Shown in pieces: positions 7,826 through 16,281 of a stretch of DNA of 32,000 bases (position 1 is the stretch's first letter; the number at the start of each line of letters is the position of its first letter). The DNA is from Halomicronema hongdechloris C2206. GTDB lineage: Bacteria; Cyanobacteriota; Cyanobacteriia; Phormidesmidales; Phormidesmidaceae. Below the pieces are notes generated by a model. It ran no database searches, was not told the DNA's origin, and worked only from the letters and a program-made list of their open reading frames with translations. Position numbers and translations under genes: made by a program. Location of the stretch: contig NZ_CP021983.2 of the NCBI RefSeq assembly GCF_002075285.3, positions 720,001-752,000 on the forward strand. The letters are read 5' to 3'.

Positions 7826-9187
7826 TCAGACGGCCGAGTGAGCACAACGGAAGCCAGCAAACACCTGACGCATATGGGGGTGATACCAATTGCGAAAGCT
7901 GCTCCTCAGGGCCCAGCGGCGCGTGGCCCAACTGCCTCCCCGCAACACCCGATGTCGACCATCAAAGTAGGCCTGGGAGTATCCCTGGTAAGGGTACGCC
8001 ATAAATCCGGCATAGCCGGCAAAACAGGTCGCCGTCCATTCCCAGACATTGCCCAGCATGTCTTCACAGCCCCAGGCGCTACAGCCCTGAGGATAACTGC
8101 CCACAGGTGTCGTCTGGCCCATCTGATGATGGTGGTTACAGCGACTGATGTCAGGCCCATCCTCACCCCAAGGGTAGAGACAGCCATGCTGACCGCGAGC
8201 GGCCACCTCCCACTCGGCCTCAGTCGGCAAACGGTTGCCCAGCCAGCGGGCATAGGCATCGGCCTCATACCAACTGACACCACAGACGGGATGCTGCTCC
8301 ATGGCCGCCTGCCCTGACCAATAAAACGGCTGCTGCACCGGGTGAGCCTGCAGCCAGGCCCAACCCTCCGTAGACCACCAATCTGGGCAGTAATACCCTC
8401 CGGCCTCCATAAACCGGCGATAGGCCCCACAGGTGACCGGATAGCGATCGATCCAGAAGGGCTCTACCGTCACCGTAGCCGCAGGCCCTTCATTGTCCAG
8501 CGCCTCGACGCCACCATAGCCCAGCTGCACTGTTGTTCGGGGAATCGAGACCATGTCAGGCCCATTGACAGCGGCAACTACCGGGCTCTGGCCAGAGCTA
8601 GTAGGGACCGGATGCTGAGCTCGGCGATGCATAGCCAGCACCCAACTGATGGTCTCGGCATGCTGGCTCTCATGCTGCAACAGCCACCACCAAAGGCGCT
8701 CTTGCTGCAGTGGGGCAGTCTCCAGGTACTCCCATACCCGCTGCCGCACCTGAGCCAGATAGTCAAGGACAGTGGCCAGGTCAGGAAGATTTTGACGTTC
8801 GGCCTTAGGTAAGCCATCGGCGGCGAACAAGCGACGATAGGCAGATGGCGACCCGTTCTGACCAGCAAGATGTTCCAGAATCCAGAGGGACTCCGTGAAG
8901 GCGATGTGCCCCAAGTGCCATCCCACCGGGCTGAAATCGGCATGGGCCTGCTGGCCATACTCGCTGGGAGTCAACTGGGCCACCAGCGCCAGGGTATCGC
9001 CCCGGCAGGCAGTCAGGTGTCGGCGGAGATGGTGATGGCGCTTACGAGGCGACGGGGACTGCTGGGGATGAGTCTGGAGCAGCGGGAATATGGAGGGGCT
9101 GGGTTTGGAGATCACAATCTTGAACGGTGATGAGGGTTGACGGTGGGCAACTGACCCAGTCGGCTGGGAACAGGGGTTCGGAGGCAA
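7826..9187 (-). CDS. egtB: Ergothioneine biosynthesis sulfoxide synthase EgtB (DinB-like N-domain plus FGE-sulfatase domain)
   Basis: DinB-like FSPVGWHLGHIAFTESLWILEHL. FGE-type PVCGVSWYEADAYARW, GNVWEWT, RVLRGGSWAT. Start uncertain: TTG 9187 or GTG 9115. Both overlap the 3' end of egtC. Confidence 0.85.
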   Translation of the reverse strand: MPPNPCSQPTGSVAHRQPSSPFKIVISKPSPSIFPLLQTHPQQSPSPRKRHHHLRRHLTACRGDTLALVAQLTPSEYGQQAHADFSPVGWHLGHIAFTESLWILEHLAGQNGSPSAYRRLFAADGLPKAERQNLPDLATVLDYLAQVRQRVWEYLETAPLQQERLWWWLLQHESQHAETISWVLAMHRRAQHPVPTSSGQSPVVAAVNGPDMVSIPRTTVQLGYGGVEALDNEGPAATVTVEPFWIDRYPVTCGAYRRFMEAGGYYCPDWWSTEGWAWLQAHPVQQPFYWSGQAAMEQHPVCGVSWYEADAYARWLGNRLPTEAEWEVAARGQHGCLYPWGEDGPDISRCNHHHQMGQTTPVGSYPQGCSAWGCEDMLGNVWEWTATCFAGYAGFMAYPYQGYSQAYFDGRHRVLRGGSWATRRWALRSSFRNWYHPHMRQVFAGFRCAHSAV

Positions 9188-9875
9188 TGATCACCGACTC
9201 CGGGAACTGGGGATGATGCCGCAGCCAATATAGGGAGGGAGCCTGGTCGGTGGTGTCAAAGCGGCAGGCCACTAGTTTCTGGCCATCGGCCACCACGATG
9301 TTGGCCGCCGCCCGCACGCCATAGTCAGCCGCTAGGGTAGTCAGTTGTTCCAGGGTTTTGTGTAATGCCTGGTCTAGGGAAAGATTGCCTGGCCCTTGGA
9401 GATGATGGAGCCATAGGGCAAAGATATGCTCTGAATCAGTCATGCCGTGGATGGCATGGTAGGCCGATTCTGAGAGCAGCTGCCGCAGAGGTCGATAGAG
9501 GGTGGGTTTGAACCGCTCAATGAAGCCATTGTGGATGAAGAGTAGGGGCCCATGACGAAAGGGTTGGCAGTTGCTCAGATCCACCGCTAAGCCGGGGGTA
9601 GCGCTGCGTACATAGGCGAGGACGCAGGAGCTAGTGACATAACGACAGAGATCGTCAAGGTTGAGGTCGTGCCAGATGGGCGCTGTATTGCGGTAAACGA
9701 AAGGAGCACTGGAGGGATCGGGGCCATACCAGCCCAAGCCAAAACCATCGGCGTTCATTAACGCCACCTCCAATTCCTGGGGCTGATAACTCTGAACCAC
9801 CAGAGAATGTTCCGGTTGAGTCACCAAGCGGTCGAGGGAGAGACTGGGTCCCGCGTAGGCCAATAAACGACACAT
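9042..9875 (-). CDS. egtC: Class II (Ntn) glutamine amidotransferase, EgtC-type gamma-glutamyl-hercynylcysteine sulfoxide hydrolase
   Basis: Starts MCRLLAYAG, giving the Cys2 nucleophile. NADGFGLGWYGP and FIHNGFI motifs. Sits immediately upstream of egtB-egtD. Confidence 0.8.
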   Translation of the reverse strand: MCRLLAYAGPSLSLDRLVTQPEHSLVVQSYQPQELEVALMNADGFGLGWYGPDPSSAPFVYRNTAPIWHDLNLDDLCRYVTSSCVLAYVRSATPGLAVDLSNCQPFRHGPLLFIHNGFIERFKPTLYRPLRQLLSESAYHAIHGMTDSEHIFALWLHHLQGPGNLSLDQALHKTLEQLTTLAADYGVRAAANIVVADGQKLVACRFDTTDQAPSLYWLRHHPQFPESVIIASEPLFPADWVSCPPSTLITVQDCDLQTQPLHIPAAPDSSPAVPVAS

Positions 9876-10003
9876 ATCTTTTCATTACCATAGCCCGATC
9901 TAGCTTAGCTTCAGTTGAGGCATTAACCCCACGTCTGACTAACTTCTGAGAGACTGCGGCTCCGGTTAATTACCATGGGTTTGGCAGCCAGGCAGCCAGT
10001 GAT

Positions 10004-10098
10004 GAAGGCAGAAGGCAGAAGGCAGAAGGCAGAAGGCAGAAGGCAGAAGGCAGAAGGCAGAAGGCAGAAGGCAGAAGGCAGAAGGCAGAAGGCAGAAG
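10004..10098. repeat. Heptamer tandem repeat (GGCAGAA), ~13.5 copies
   Basis: 95 nt of perfect GGCAGAA periodicity in the egtC/Uma2 divergent intergenic region. Same unit and orientation as 6522-6551. Confidence 0.97.
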
Positions 10099-10099
10099 C

Positions 10100-10120
10100 A
10101 TGCCCTGAGCTTGTCGAAGG
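10100..10120. repeat. Short interspersed core element ATGCCCTGAGCTTGTCGAAGG, flanked on both sides by GGCAGAAGC
   Basis: Shares TGCCCTGAGC...GTCGAAGG with 25543-25564. GGCAGAAGC occurs at 10091-10099 and 10121-10129. Confidence 0.8.
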
Positions 10121-10208
10121 GGCAGAAGCGATTATCTTAATTGCCAACGCGGCTCTGGCTCATGGGACAGCATCCACTAGACTTAGTCATGCAAGCAAAC
10201 CTGAGGGG

Positions 10209-10790
10209 ATGAGGGCGATGACCGTAGTTGCAAAACTTAGAGCGCTGAGTGTGCAAGATTATCACCGCATGGTAGACGCAGGAATTTTGGCGGCAGATGA
10301 GCGGGTGGAATTAATTGAGGGACAGCTCTATACGATGGCAGCCAAAGGAACGGCCCATAGTGCAGCAGTGACTCGCATCGATCGGGTGTTATCGCGACTG
10401 CTGGCAGGAAAGGCCTTGTTACGGTTTCAGGACCCGGTGCAGTTGAGCGATTTCTCAGAGCCAGAGCCAGATGTAGCTGTGGTAAAAATCCACCCGTTGG
10501 ACTACGAGGATCACCATCCGACACCAGGGGAAGTATTTTGGTTGATTGAGGTAGCTGACAGCACCCTACGACGCGATCGCAACCTAAAGGTGCCAGTTTA
10601 TGGGCGCTCCGGCATTGCCGAATCTTGGATTTTAGACGTGCAGAAGCGCTGCCTGCATGTGTTTCGGCAACCAGGAGAGCAGGGCTATGGGCTGGAGCAA
10701 CGGTTTTCGGAACAGGACACCATATCCCCTCTGGCCTTTCCCAATTGTCAGATCGCCATTCGAGACTGGCTGCAGCCTGGTGAGCAGTAA
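10209..10790 (+). CDS. Uma2-family (DUF820) putative endonuclease
   Basis: LSVQDYHRMVDAGILAADERVELIEGQL ... PEPDVAVV ... VFWLIEVADSTLRRDRNLKVPVYGRSGIAESWILDV is the typical Uma2 layout (PD-(D/E)XK-like D...E-V-x-D/S). Start at ATG 10209 or 10218. The 78 upstream codons in the track ORF are a translated heptamer array. Confidence 0.85.
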   Translation: MRAMTVVAKLRALSVQDYHRMVDAGILAADERVELIEGQLYTMAAKGTAHSAAVTRIDRVLSRLLAGKALLRFQDPVQLSDFSEPEPDVAVVKIHPLDYEDHHPTPGEVFWLIEVADSTLRRDRNLKVPVYGRSGIAESWILDVQKRCLHVFRQPGEQGYGLEQRFSEQDTISPLAFPNCQIAIRDWLQPGEQ

Positions 10791-10796
10791 CAGGCG

Positions 10797-12518
10797 CTAC
10801 CGTGGCCGCTGGGAGTTAACCAGGCTTTCGGTGTGGCCCATGATGTCCCGCACCAGACGCTCACTGAAGCCGGCGACGAAGGCAATGGTGATGTAAAGAT
10901 AGATTTTTTTGTTGTTCTGACTCGGCTGTAAGGACAGAAATCCTGAGAACACACCCGATTCTAGGACGGCGATCAGGAAAAAGGCAAAGGCCATGCCCAC
11001 CACGGGTCGAAAGAACCCCACCAAGAAGAGATCGAGTTGGGCCTCGCTCTCTTTGGAGACGAACTCGTTGGCCCGGACGATGACGCTGACGAAGCTGCCT
11101 AGGGCTCCGGTGGCCATCACCGCCAGAATCAGTGGAAAATTAACGCCGCTGATGCTGTCAAGCAGCGTTTCTAGGAAGTCTTCTGAGTCCCCATTAGCAG
11201 CATCTCCGTCGGCAGCAGCACGGCCATCCGTTTCGTTTGGGGGACTGGATTGGGCAGTATCTGGCGCTTCGGTTTGATTATCTTGGGATCTGTCGGCCTC
11301 GGCTACCAAGGCGTCATCGATGAGGGTGCGGGCCTGGCCAATACTTCGATGCTGGCGCTGCACGGTTTGTTCCAGCTCTGCTACAGCGGCCGGGAGCACA
11401 TTGGCGATGAGCTGATTGCTCTCAGTGCCAGACCGGGCGCCCAGGTTGTCGTAGAGTTGCTGCAGGTCAGTCTCTAGTTGATTGAGGTCGTTGATAATGG
11501 TTTGGGGCAGCTGGCCAGCGGCGGTGGAGTCAGCAGCCAATTGTTGGACATTGGCTTTCAGGTTGGCTAAGTCACCATTGCTGTGGGTCAGGGTGGACAG
11601 GCGACGACGGGATGCTAAGACGTTGTCAGCTAGGGTTGCAGCCAGTTGCTGTAGAGGTAGAGGGGACACCTCGCCGCCATTGGTAGCTGGCTCTGGATTG
11701 GTCGTGGTGGTAGGGACGCTGGCTAGTTGCGTATCTACGGCCCCTAATGCGCCGGTGAAGGAGGCTAGCTGTCGGGATTGCCGGTCAATGGTGTCTTGCT
11801 GATCCTGCACCTCTATCACCAGAGCTTCGATGCGATCACGTTGTTCAGCCACGCCACTGAGAAAAAAGCCAGCCGACACCAGGGCCGGGATGCCGGTAAA
11901 TATCAGCAGAAACCAGGTCAGACCCGCCACCAGCCGATTATGGGGGGACCCCGAGGCCCGGACCAGGGAACCAAGGGGATTCTCGTCTTGCTTAAGGTGG
12001 ATAGCTAAATGGCGGCGTAGGTTGCGCCCTAGCTTTAAGTGCTGGGCATCGCTCTGATCGGCGCGAACCTGGGTCAATGCTGCCACGGCCAATTCGAACT
12101 CGGCCACCAGGTCAGGACGCTGAGGCAAATAGGGCAGCAAACTGAGCAGCCGAGACAGCTCTGCTTGCGCCTCAGCCCCCAGAGTCTTTTGGCACAGAAT
12201 CTGCTGGGTCTGCTCGACTAGGGTATCGATGCGCTGATGGGCCTGATTGCCGTTAATAGTCTGGGCCAGCTCCGTCAGCTCCTCAGCCGTTAAGACATCA
12301 GATTGCAACGCCGCTTTGAACAGGGATAATAACCACCGGGATTGGCTGGCGGGATCGATCTCCTCCACCAGATGGGCAATGTCAGCCGCCGCCTCTGGGC
12401 TAAGTTGCTGACTGTTGAGGGCGCTCTGAATCTGCTTTGCTCGCTGCTGCAGATCAGGATCAGAAGGCGTCTTGGCTCGCCGCGCAGCTGCATTGGTGGG
12501 ATCGGGCGGTGCAGACAT
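10797..12518 (-). CDS. Hypothetical membrane protein: N-terminal helical domain, TM segment(s), long Q/L-rich coiled-coil region, acidic linker, C-terminal 3-TM module
   Basis: ATG 12518 is preceded by GGGAG (12530-12526) with a 7-nt spacer. The track start at 12539 is a TTG. Hydrophobic stretches: LVAGLTWFLLIFTGIPALVSAGFFLSGV, FPLILAVMATGALGSFVSVIV, LFLVGFFRPVVGMAFAFFLIAVL, IYLYITIAFVAGFS. No family recognised. Confidence 0.75.
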   Translation of the reverse strand: MSAPPDPTNAAARRAKTPSDPDLQQRAKQIQSALNSQQLSPEAAADIAHLVEEIDPASQSRWLLSLFKAALQSDVLTAEELTELAQTINGNQAHQRIDTLVEQTQQILCQKTLGAEAQAELSRLLSLLPYLPQRPDLVAEFELAVAALTQVRADQSDAQHLKLGRNLRRHLAIHLKQDENPLGSLVRASGSPHNRLVAGLTWFLLIFTGIPALVSAGFFLSGVAEQRDRIEALVIEVQDQQDTIDRQSRQLASFTGALGAVDTQLASVPTTTTNPEPATNGGEVSPLPLQQLAATLADNVLASRRRLSTLTHSNGDLANLKANVQQLAADSTAAGQLPQTIINDLNQLETDLQQLYDNLGARSGTESNQLIANVLPAAVAELEQTVQRQHRSIGQARTLIDDALVAEADRSQDNQTEAPDTAQSSPPNETDGRAAADGDAANGDSEDFLETLLDSISGVNFPLILAVMATGALGSFVSVIVRANEFVSKESEAQLDLFLVGFFRPVVGMAFAFFLIAVLESGVFSGFLSLQPSQNNKKIYLYITIAFVAGFSERLVRDIMGHTESLVNSQRPR

Positions 12519-12583
12519 AGAGAAGCTCCCTTGAGACAATGGGCTATGGCAGAGTCAGGGAGCAGCTGCTGCCCCTGGAGTGC

Positions 12584-13258
12584 CTACCGCATGGCTTCCA
12601 GCAACCGAGAAAAATAAAACTGGGTTTTGGTCATGGCTTGGCGCTGAATCCTCCAGCCTTCGCTTTCCAAGGCCTTGATAACATCTGCTTCCCGATGTAA
12701 GTAGGCGCGGGTGGCCTTACTAGGGCCCGGGAAAAAATCACCAATCTTCTTTAGCAAACTGTAAGCCAGGGTCTTGGGGGCAAAACTCAATAACAGTCGC
12801 GATTCAGCCAGAGAACTGAGATGGCCAATCATCGTAGCCGCCTGTGCTTGGGGATAGTGAATCAAGACATCCAAACAGGCGACAGTGTGGTAAGTACCAG
12901 AAAGGCTTTCCAGATCGCTCACCGCAAACTGCGGCAACTGCTCTGAAGCGAGGGTTTCCTGAGCCTGCTGTCGAGCCTCAGCCACCATCTTTTCAGAGAT
13001 ATCACTCGCAAACACCCGTGCCCCAGCAGCGGCTAAAGGCAGGGACAGACTGCCCACCCCGCAGCCCGCATCACAGATAGTCAACCCGGCTAGATCGCCA
13101 TCTGCCTGCAACCAAGCCATGACCGTGTCGACAGTCTTTTGGTGCCCTTTGCGGATATCGAGCTGAACCTTATTGACCTCGCCGTCGCCATAAATACGAC
13201 GCCAACGATCAAACCCAGTGGCATTGAAATAGTCTTTGACGATTGCTTTATCGTCCAT
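12584..13258 (-). CDS. chlM: Magnesium-protoporphyrin IX O-methyltransferase
   Basis: DDKAIVKDYFNATGFDRWRRIYGDGEVNKVQLDIRKGH, ICDAGCGVGSLSLPLA, CLDVLIHYP, LSFAPKT, GPSKATRAYLH. Closely resembles cyanobacterial ChlM as I recall it. ATG at 13258; alternative TTG at 13282. Confidence 0.92.
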   Translation of the reverse strand: MDDKAIVKDYFNATGFDRWRRIYGDGEVNKVQLDIRKGHQKTVDTVMAWLQADGDLAGLTICDAGCGVGSLSLPLAAAGARVFASDISEKMVAEARQQAQETLASEQLPQFAVSDLESLSGTYHTVACLDVLIHYPQAQAATMIGHLSSLAESRLLLSFAPKTLAYSLLKKIGDFFPGPSKATRAYLHREADVIKALESEGWRIQRQAMTKTQFYFSRLLEAMR

Positions 13259-13465
13259 TACGGGGGTAGAGGGCACTGACAATCCTCAAATGTACAATTG
13301 GAGCAAAGTTCCCCTGTAAATCCTATTATGATTTGTGGCCAAAACCCACGGCGGTTTCTGTTCCCCTCGCTGCGATAGCCCTCTCGCCCCTGCCCCGCAG
13401 TAGTGTATCGTCGTGACGAGACGGTGCTGTGAGACCCTGGCACCTGCGTAGAGGGAGATAGCTCC

Positions 13466-13996
13466 ATGCCCCATCCCGAGATTGGCATTATCATGGGCAG
13501 CGACTCAGATTTGCCCACCATGCAGGCGGCCATTCAGGTGTGTGAAGACTTTCAGGTCGCCCATGAAGTCGCCATCGTGTCGGCCCATCGTACCCCATTA
13601 CGCATGGTGGAGTATGCTCAACAGGCCCACTCTCGTGGCCTCAAAGTCATTATTGCTGGCGCTGGGGGAGCGGCCCACCTGCCAGGTATGGTGGCGGCCC
13701 TATCGCCCCTGCCTGTGATTGGCGTCCCAGTCAGAAGTAGTCATCTCAGTGGCCTCGACTCTCTCTACTCAATTGTCCAAATGCCTAGGGGAATTCCCGT
13801 GGCCACGGTAGCCATTGGTAATGCCCAAAATGCTGGCTTATTAGCGATTCAAATATTAGCTAGTCACCGACCTGAATTACTGCAGCAGGTCGAACACTAT
13901 CGTCGACGGTTGGGCCAGGAGGTCCTGGATAAGCAGCATCGTCTAGACGATATCGGCTATCGGCGTTACCGCGCCGAACAGTTCTCCAGCGAGTAG
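13466..13996 (+). CDS. purE: N5-carboxyaminoimidazole ribonucleotide mutase
   Basis: [77 protein letters not shown] lies 8 nt upstream of the ATG. Confidence 0.93.
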   Translation: MPHPEIGIIMGSDSDLPTMQAAIQVCEDFQVAHEVAIVSAHRTPLRMVEYAQQAHSRGLKVIIAGAGGAAHLPGMVAALSPLPVIGVPVRSSHLSGLDSLYSIVQMPRGIPVATVAIGNAQNAGLLAIQILASHRPELLQQVEHYRRRLGQEVLDKQHRLDDIGYRRYRAEQFSSE

Positions 13997-14237
13997 GCTG
14001 CAGCATTCCAGCAGGAGGCAATTTTCTCCATGGGACATTTGTGGTAAGTAAGCTATCAGTGACCCGGTAAATCCCTTAAAAAAAATTGATTTTTGCCCAA
14101 AATTACCAGTGACATCAGCCCCCTATGGTAGAAATGTGTAGCCTGATACAGATTGCCGCTGCCAGACTTGATGGAATCATTCTGACCTGCTTTTCGCGGA
14201 TCATTCGCCATTTCGAGGACTCTCTAAGGCTGACCAG

Positions 14238-14280
14238 TGTAGTAAAAAGTGCATTCTAGTCAGGCTGATCGGCGTATGCT
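14238..14280 (+). promoter_or_regulatory. Candidate NtcA-activated promoter of amt: TGTA-N8-TGCA plus a -10 box TATGCT
   Basis: GTA at 14239-14241, an 8-nt spacer, then TGC at 14250-14252 (consensus GTA-N8-TAC, one mismatch). TATGCT (TAN3T) at 14275-14280 lies 22 nt downstream, the canonical class II spacing. Confidence 0.35.
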
Positions 14281-14564
14281 GAGATGGCAAGCCTTGGAGA
14301 ACAGATTCCTCGAAGACTTGGTTCCGCGGCCCCTTGAGGTTGATGGAACCCTCCTCACACCGCAGTCGAGGCTGAGCCGTAACTCAAGCCGTTTTCCATC
14401 GCTGAGGCCGTGTTTGCTGTCTGATTGTGTTGAAGGATTGTGTTGAAGGAACGTCTGTCGAGATGTCTAGACTAGTGCTGCGCAAGAAATCGTCGTCTCG
14501 GAGGCGGTCGTCCGCCTTCTGGGACACTAATGTGCCTCAATTTGATGAGGCGCTGCGAAATTTC

Positions 14565-15953
14565 ATGGGTCGTCGGACTCGCTGGACTTGGCTAGCCTGC
14601 TTACCCCTGGCCCTAGTTATTGTGGCCTGTTGGGGCGTGGCTGCCCAAGCTCAAGATGAGATCATGGCGGCTGATGTCCAAACTGTTTTGGACAACATCT
14701 GGGTCTTGATTGCGGCCTTCCTGGTGATCTTCATGAATGCCGGATTCGGTATGTTGGAGACGGGCTTTTGCCGCCAGAAGAACGCTGTCAATATCTTGTC
14801 TAAGAACCTGATCGTCTTTGCTCTGGCCACCTTGGCCTTTTGGTTTATCGGCTTCTCGTTCATGTTTGGGGCCGGGGCTGGCTTTATCGGCTGGGGTAGC
14901 GTCTTTCTAGGCGGAGCGCCTGAGTTATACGGTCTCTCTGCCGACGGCGGCTTAAGCAAGGACACGTTCTTCCTGTTCCAAGCTGCTTTCGCCGGTACAG
15001 CGGCCACGATCGTATCTGGAGCCGTGGCAGAACGGGTGAAGTTTATTGACTTCGTTATTTTCAGTGTGCTGCTGACCGGGATTTCCTATCCAATCACGGG
15101 TCACTGGGTTTGGAGCGGTGATGGTTGGCTCGGGGGCATGGGCTTCCATGACTTTGCTGGCTCTACCGTGGTGCACTCGGTTGGCGGTTGGGCTGCTCTG
15201 ATGGGGGCTGCCTTCCTCGGTCCCCGCATTGGCAAGTATCAGGATGGACAAGTTAATGCTCTGCCGGGGCATAACCTCAGTATTGCGACGCTGGGCTGCT
15301 TGATTCTGTGGATCGGCTGGTTTGGGTTTAACCCCGGCTCTGAGTTAGCGGCAGATCTAGCTGTGCCCTACATTGCCGTGACTACCAACATTGCCGCTGC
15401 TGCAGGTGGTGTGGCTGCTACCTTCATCTCCTGGGCATTGAACGGTAAGCCAGACTTATCCATGACCATTAACGGTATTCTGGCTGGCTTGGTGGGTATC
15501 ACCGCCGGTTGCTATGTGGTGGGCTATGCCGGAGCCTTTTGGATTGGATTGATCGCTGGCATTATCGTGGTTCTGTCGGTAGGCTTCTTTGACAGCATCA
15601 AGATCGATGATCCTGTGGGAGCGGTCTCCGTACACTTGGTATGTGGTGCCTGGGGAACCCTGGCTGTGGGGCTATTTGCCAACCCCAATAACTTTACCCA
15701 AGGTGGTGAAGGAATTGCGGGGCTATTCTATGGGGGTGGATTTGCTCAACTGGGGCTGCAGATCCTAGGGATTCTATCCATTGGCTTGTTCACCGTCGTG
15801 GCCGCCAGCATCTTCTGGTCTATCTTGAAAGCAACGCTTGGTATTCGGGTGTCGCCGGAAGAAGAGATGAAGGGCTTGGATATTGGTGAGCACGGCATGG
15901 AAGCCTACAGTGGCTTTCTCAAGGACACCAGTGATATGAGCGGCGTATCTTAG
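14565..15953 (+). CDS. amt: Ammonium transporter (Amt family)
   Basis: [55 protein letters not shown]. Start set at ATG 14565, which gives a normal signal peptide [32 protein letters not shown]. In-frame alternatives are ATG 14463 and GTG 14427 (the track). Confidence 0.9.
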   Translation: MGRRTRWTWLACLPLALVIVACWGVAAQAQDEIMAADVQTVLDNIWVLIAAFLVIFMNAGFGMLETGFCRQKNAVNILSKNLIVFALATLAFWFIGFSFMFGAGAGFIGWGSVFLGGAPELYGLSADGGLSKDTFFLFQAAFAGTAATIVSGAVAERVKFIDFVIFSVLLTGISYPITGHWVWSGDGWLGGMGFHDFAGSTVVHSVGGWAALMGAAFLGPRIGKYQDGQVNALPGHNLSIATLGCLILWIGWFGFNPGSELAADLAVPYIAVTTNIAAAAGGVAATFISWALNGKPDLSMTINGILAGLVGITAGCYVVGYAGAFWIGLIAGIIVVLSVGFFDSIKIDDPVGAVSVHLVCGAWGTLAVGLFANPNNFTQGGEGIAGLFYGGGFAQLGLQILGILSIGLFTVVAASIFWSILKATLGIRVSPEEEMKGLDIGEHGMEAYSGFLKDTSDMSGVS

Positions 15954-15996
15954 CCCTGTCGCTGATGGGTTAGTGTCTTCAGTAGCCTGCTAGATT

Positions 15997-16030
15997 AACT
16001 GAGCGAGCCCTTGATAGAGCTCGCTCAGTT
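15997..16030 (+). terminator. 12-bp perfect hairpin downstream of amt
   Basis: aactgagcgagc (15997-16008) pairs with gctcgctcagtt (16019-16030) across a 10-nt loop. No U-tract. Confidence 0.45.
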
Positions 16031-16059
16031 AGCTTATGAGTCAGTTGATTTATGAGTCT

Positions 16060-16082
16060 ATGGCCCACAATCGGGCCATTTT
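16060..16082 (+). terminator. Rho-independent-type hairpin with T-run
   Basis: atggccc / gggccat stem, 6-nt loop, followed by TTTG. Confidence 0.45.
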
Positions 16083-16281
16083 GCATAAAGATGGATATTG
16101 GTAACGCGGTCTGCCAATGGGTGTAGATACCTTGATAGAGTAGCCTCAGGGGTGATGCACCGGGCCTGGCATCAGCAGGTTATAGCGCTAGTTGTGTGAT
16201 AGCCAGGTTCGACGAGTAAGCTGTATCTGTTGGCAAACTGATTTCACAGTGACGTCCTGAGACGCTGGTTCGACATAGTTC

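Noticed and set aside
6327-10098. Tandem arrays (13-mer at 6327, heptamers at 6522 and 10004, octamer at 6625) considered as CRISPR arrays because cas10 is in the window
   Set aside because: The units are 7-13 nt and strictly contiguous with no spacers. CRISPR repeats are about 24-48 nt and separated by unique spacers. I found no such array anywhere in the window.
9975-10208. N-terminal 78 codons of the 271-aa ORF, with (KAEGRRQ)n repeats, and the antisense ORF 9923-10147 with (SAFCLLP)n
   Set aside because: Both are translations of the GGCAGAA heptamer array, since 7 nt x 3 gives a 7-aa period in every frame. The Uma2 homology begins only after ATG 10209/10218, which has its own purine-rich SD.
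14128-14141. Second NtcA-like site, GTA-N8-TAG, upstream of amt
   Set aside because: There is no TAN3T -10 element at the required ~22-nt distance. The site at 14239-14252 fits the canonical geometry better.
14249-14446. 65-aa ORF in the amt leader
   Set aside because: No SD and an R/S/L-rich composition, and it lies within the predicted 5' UTR. Most likely non-coding.
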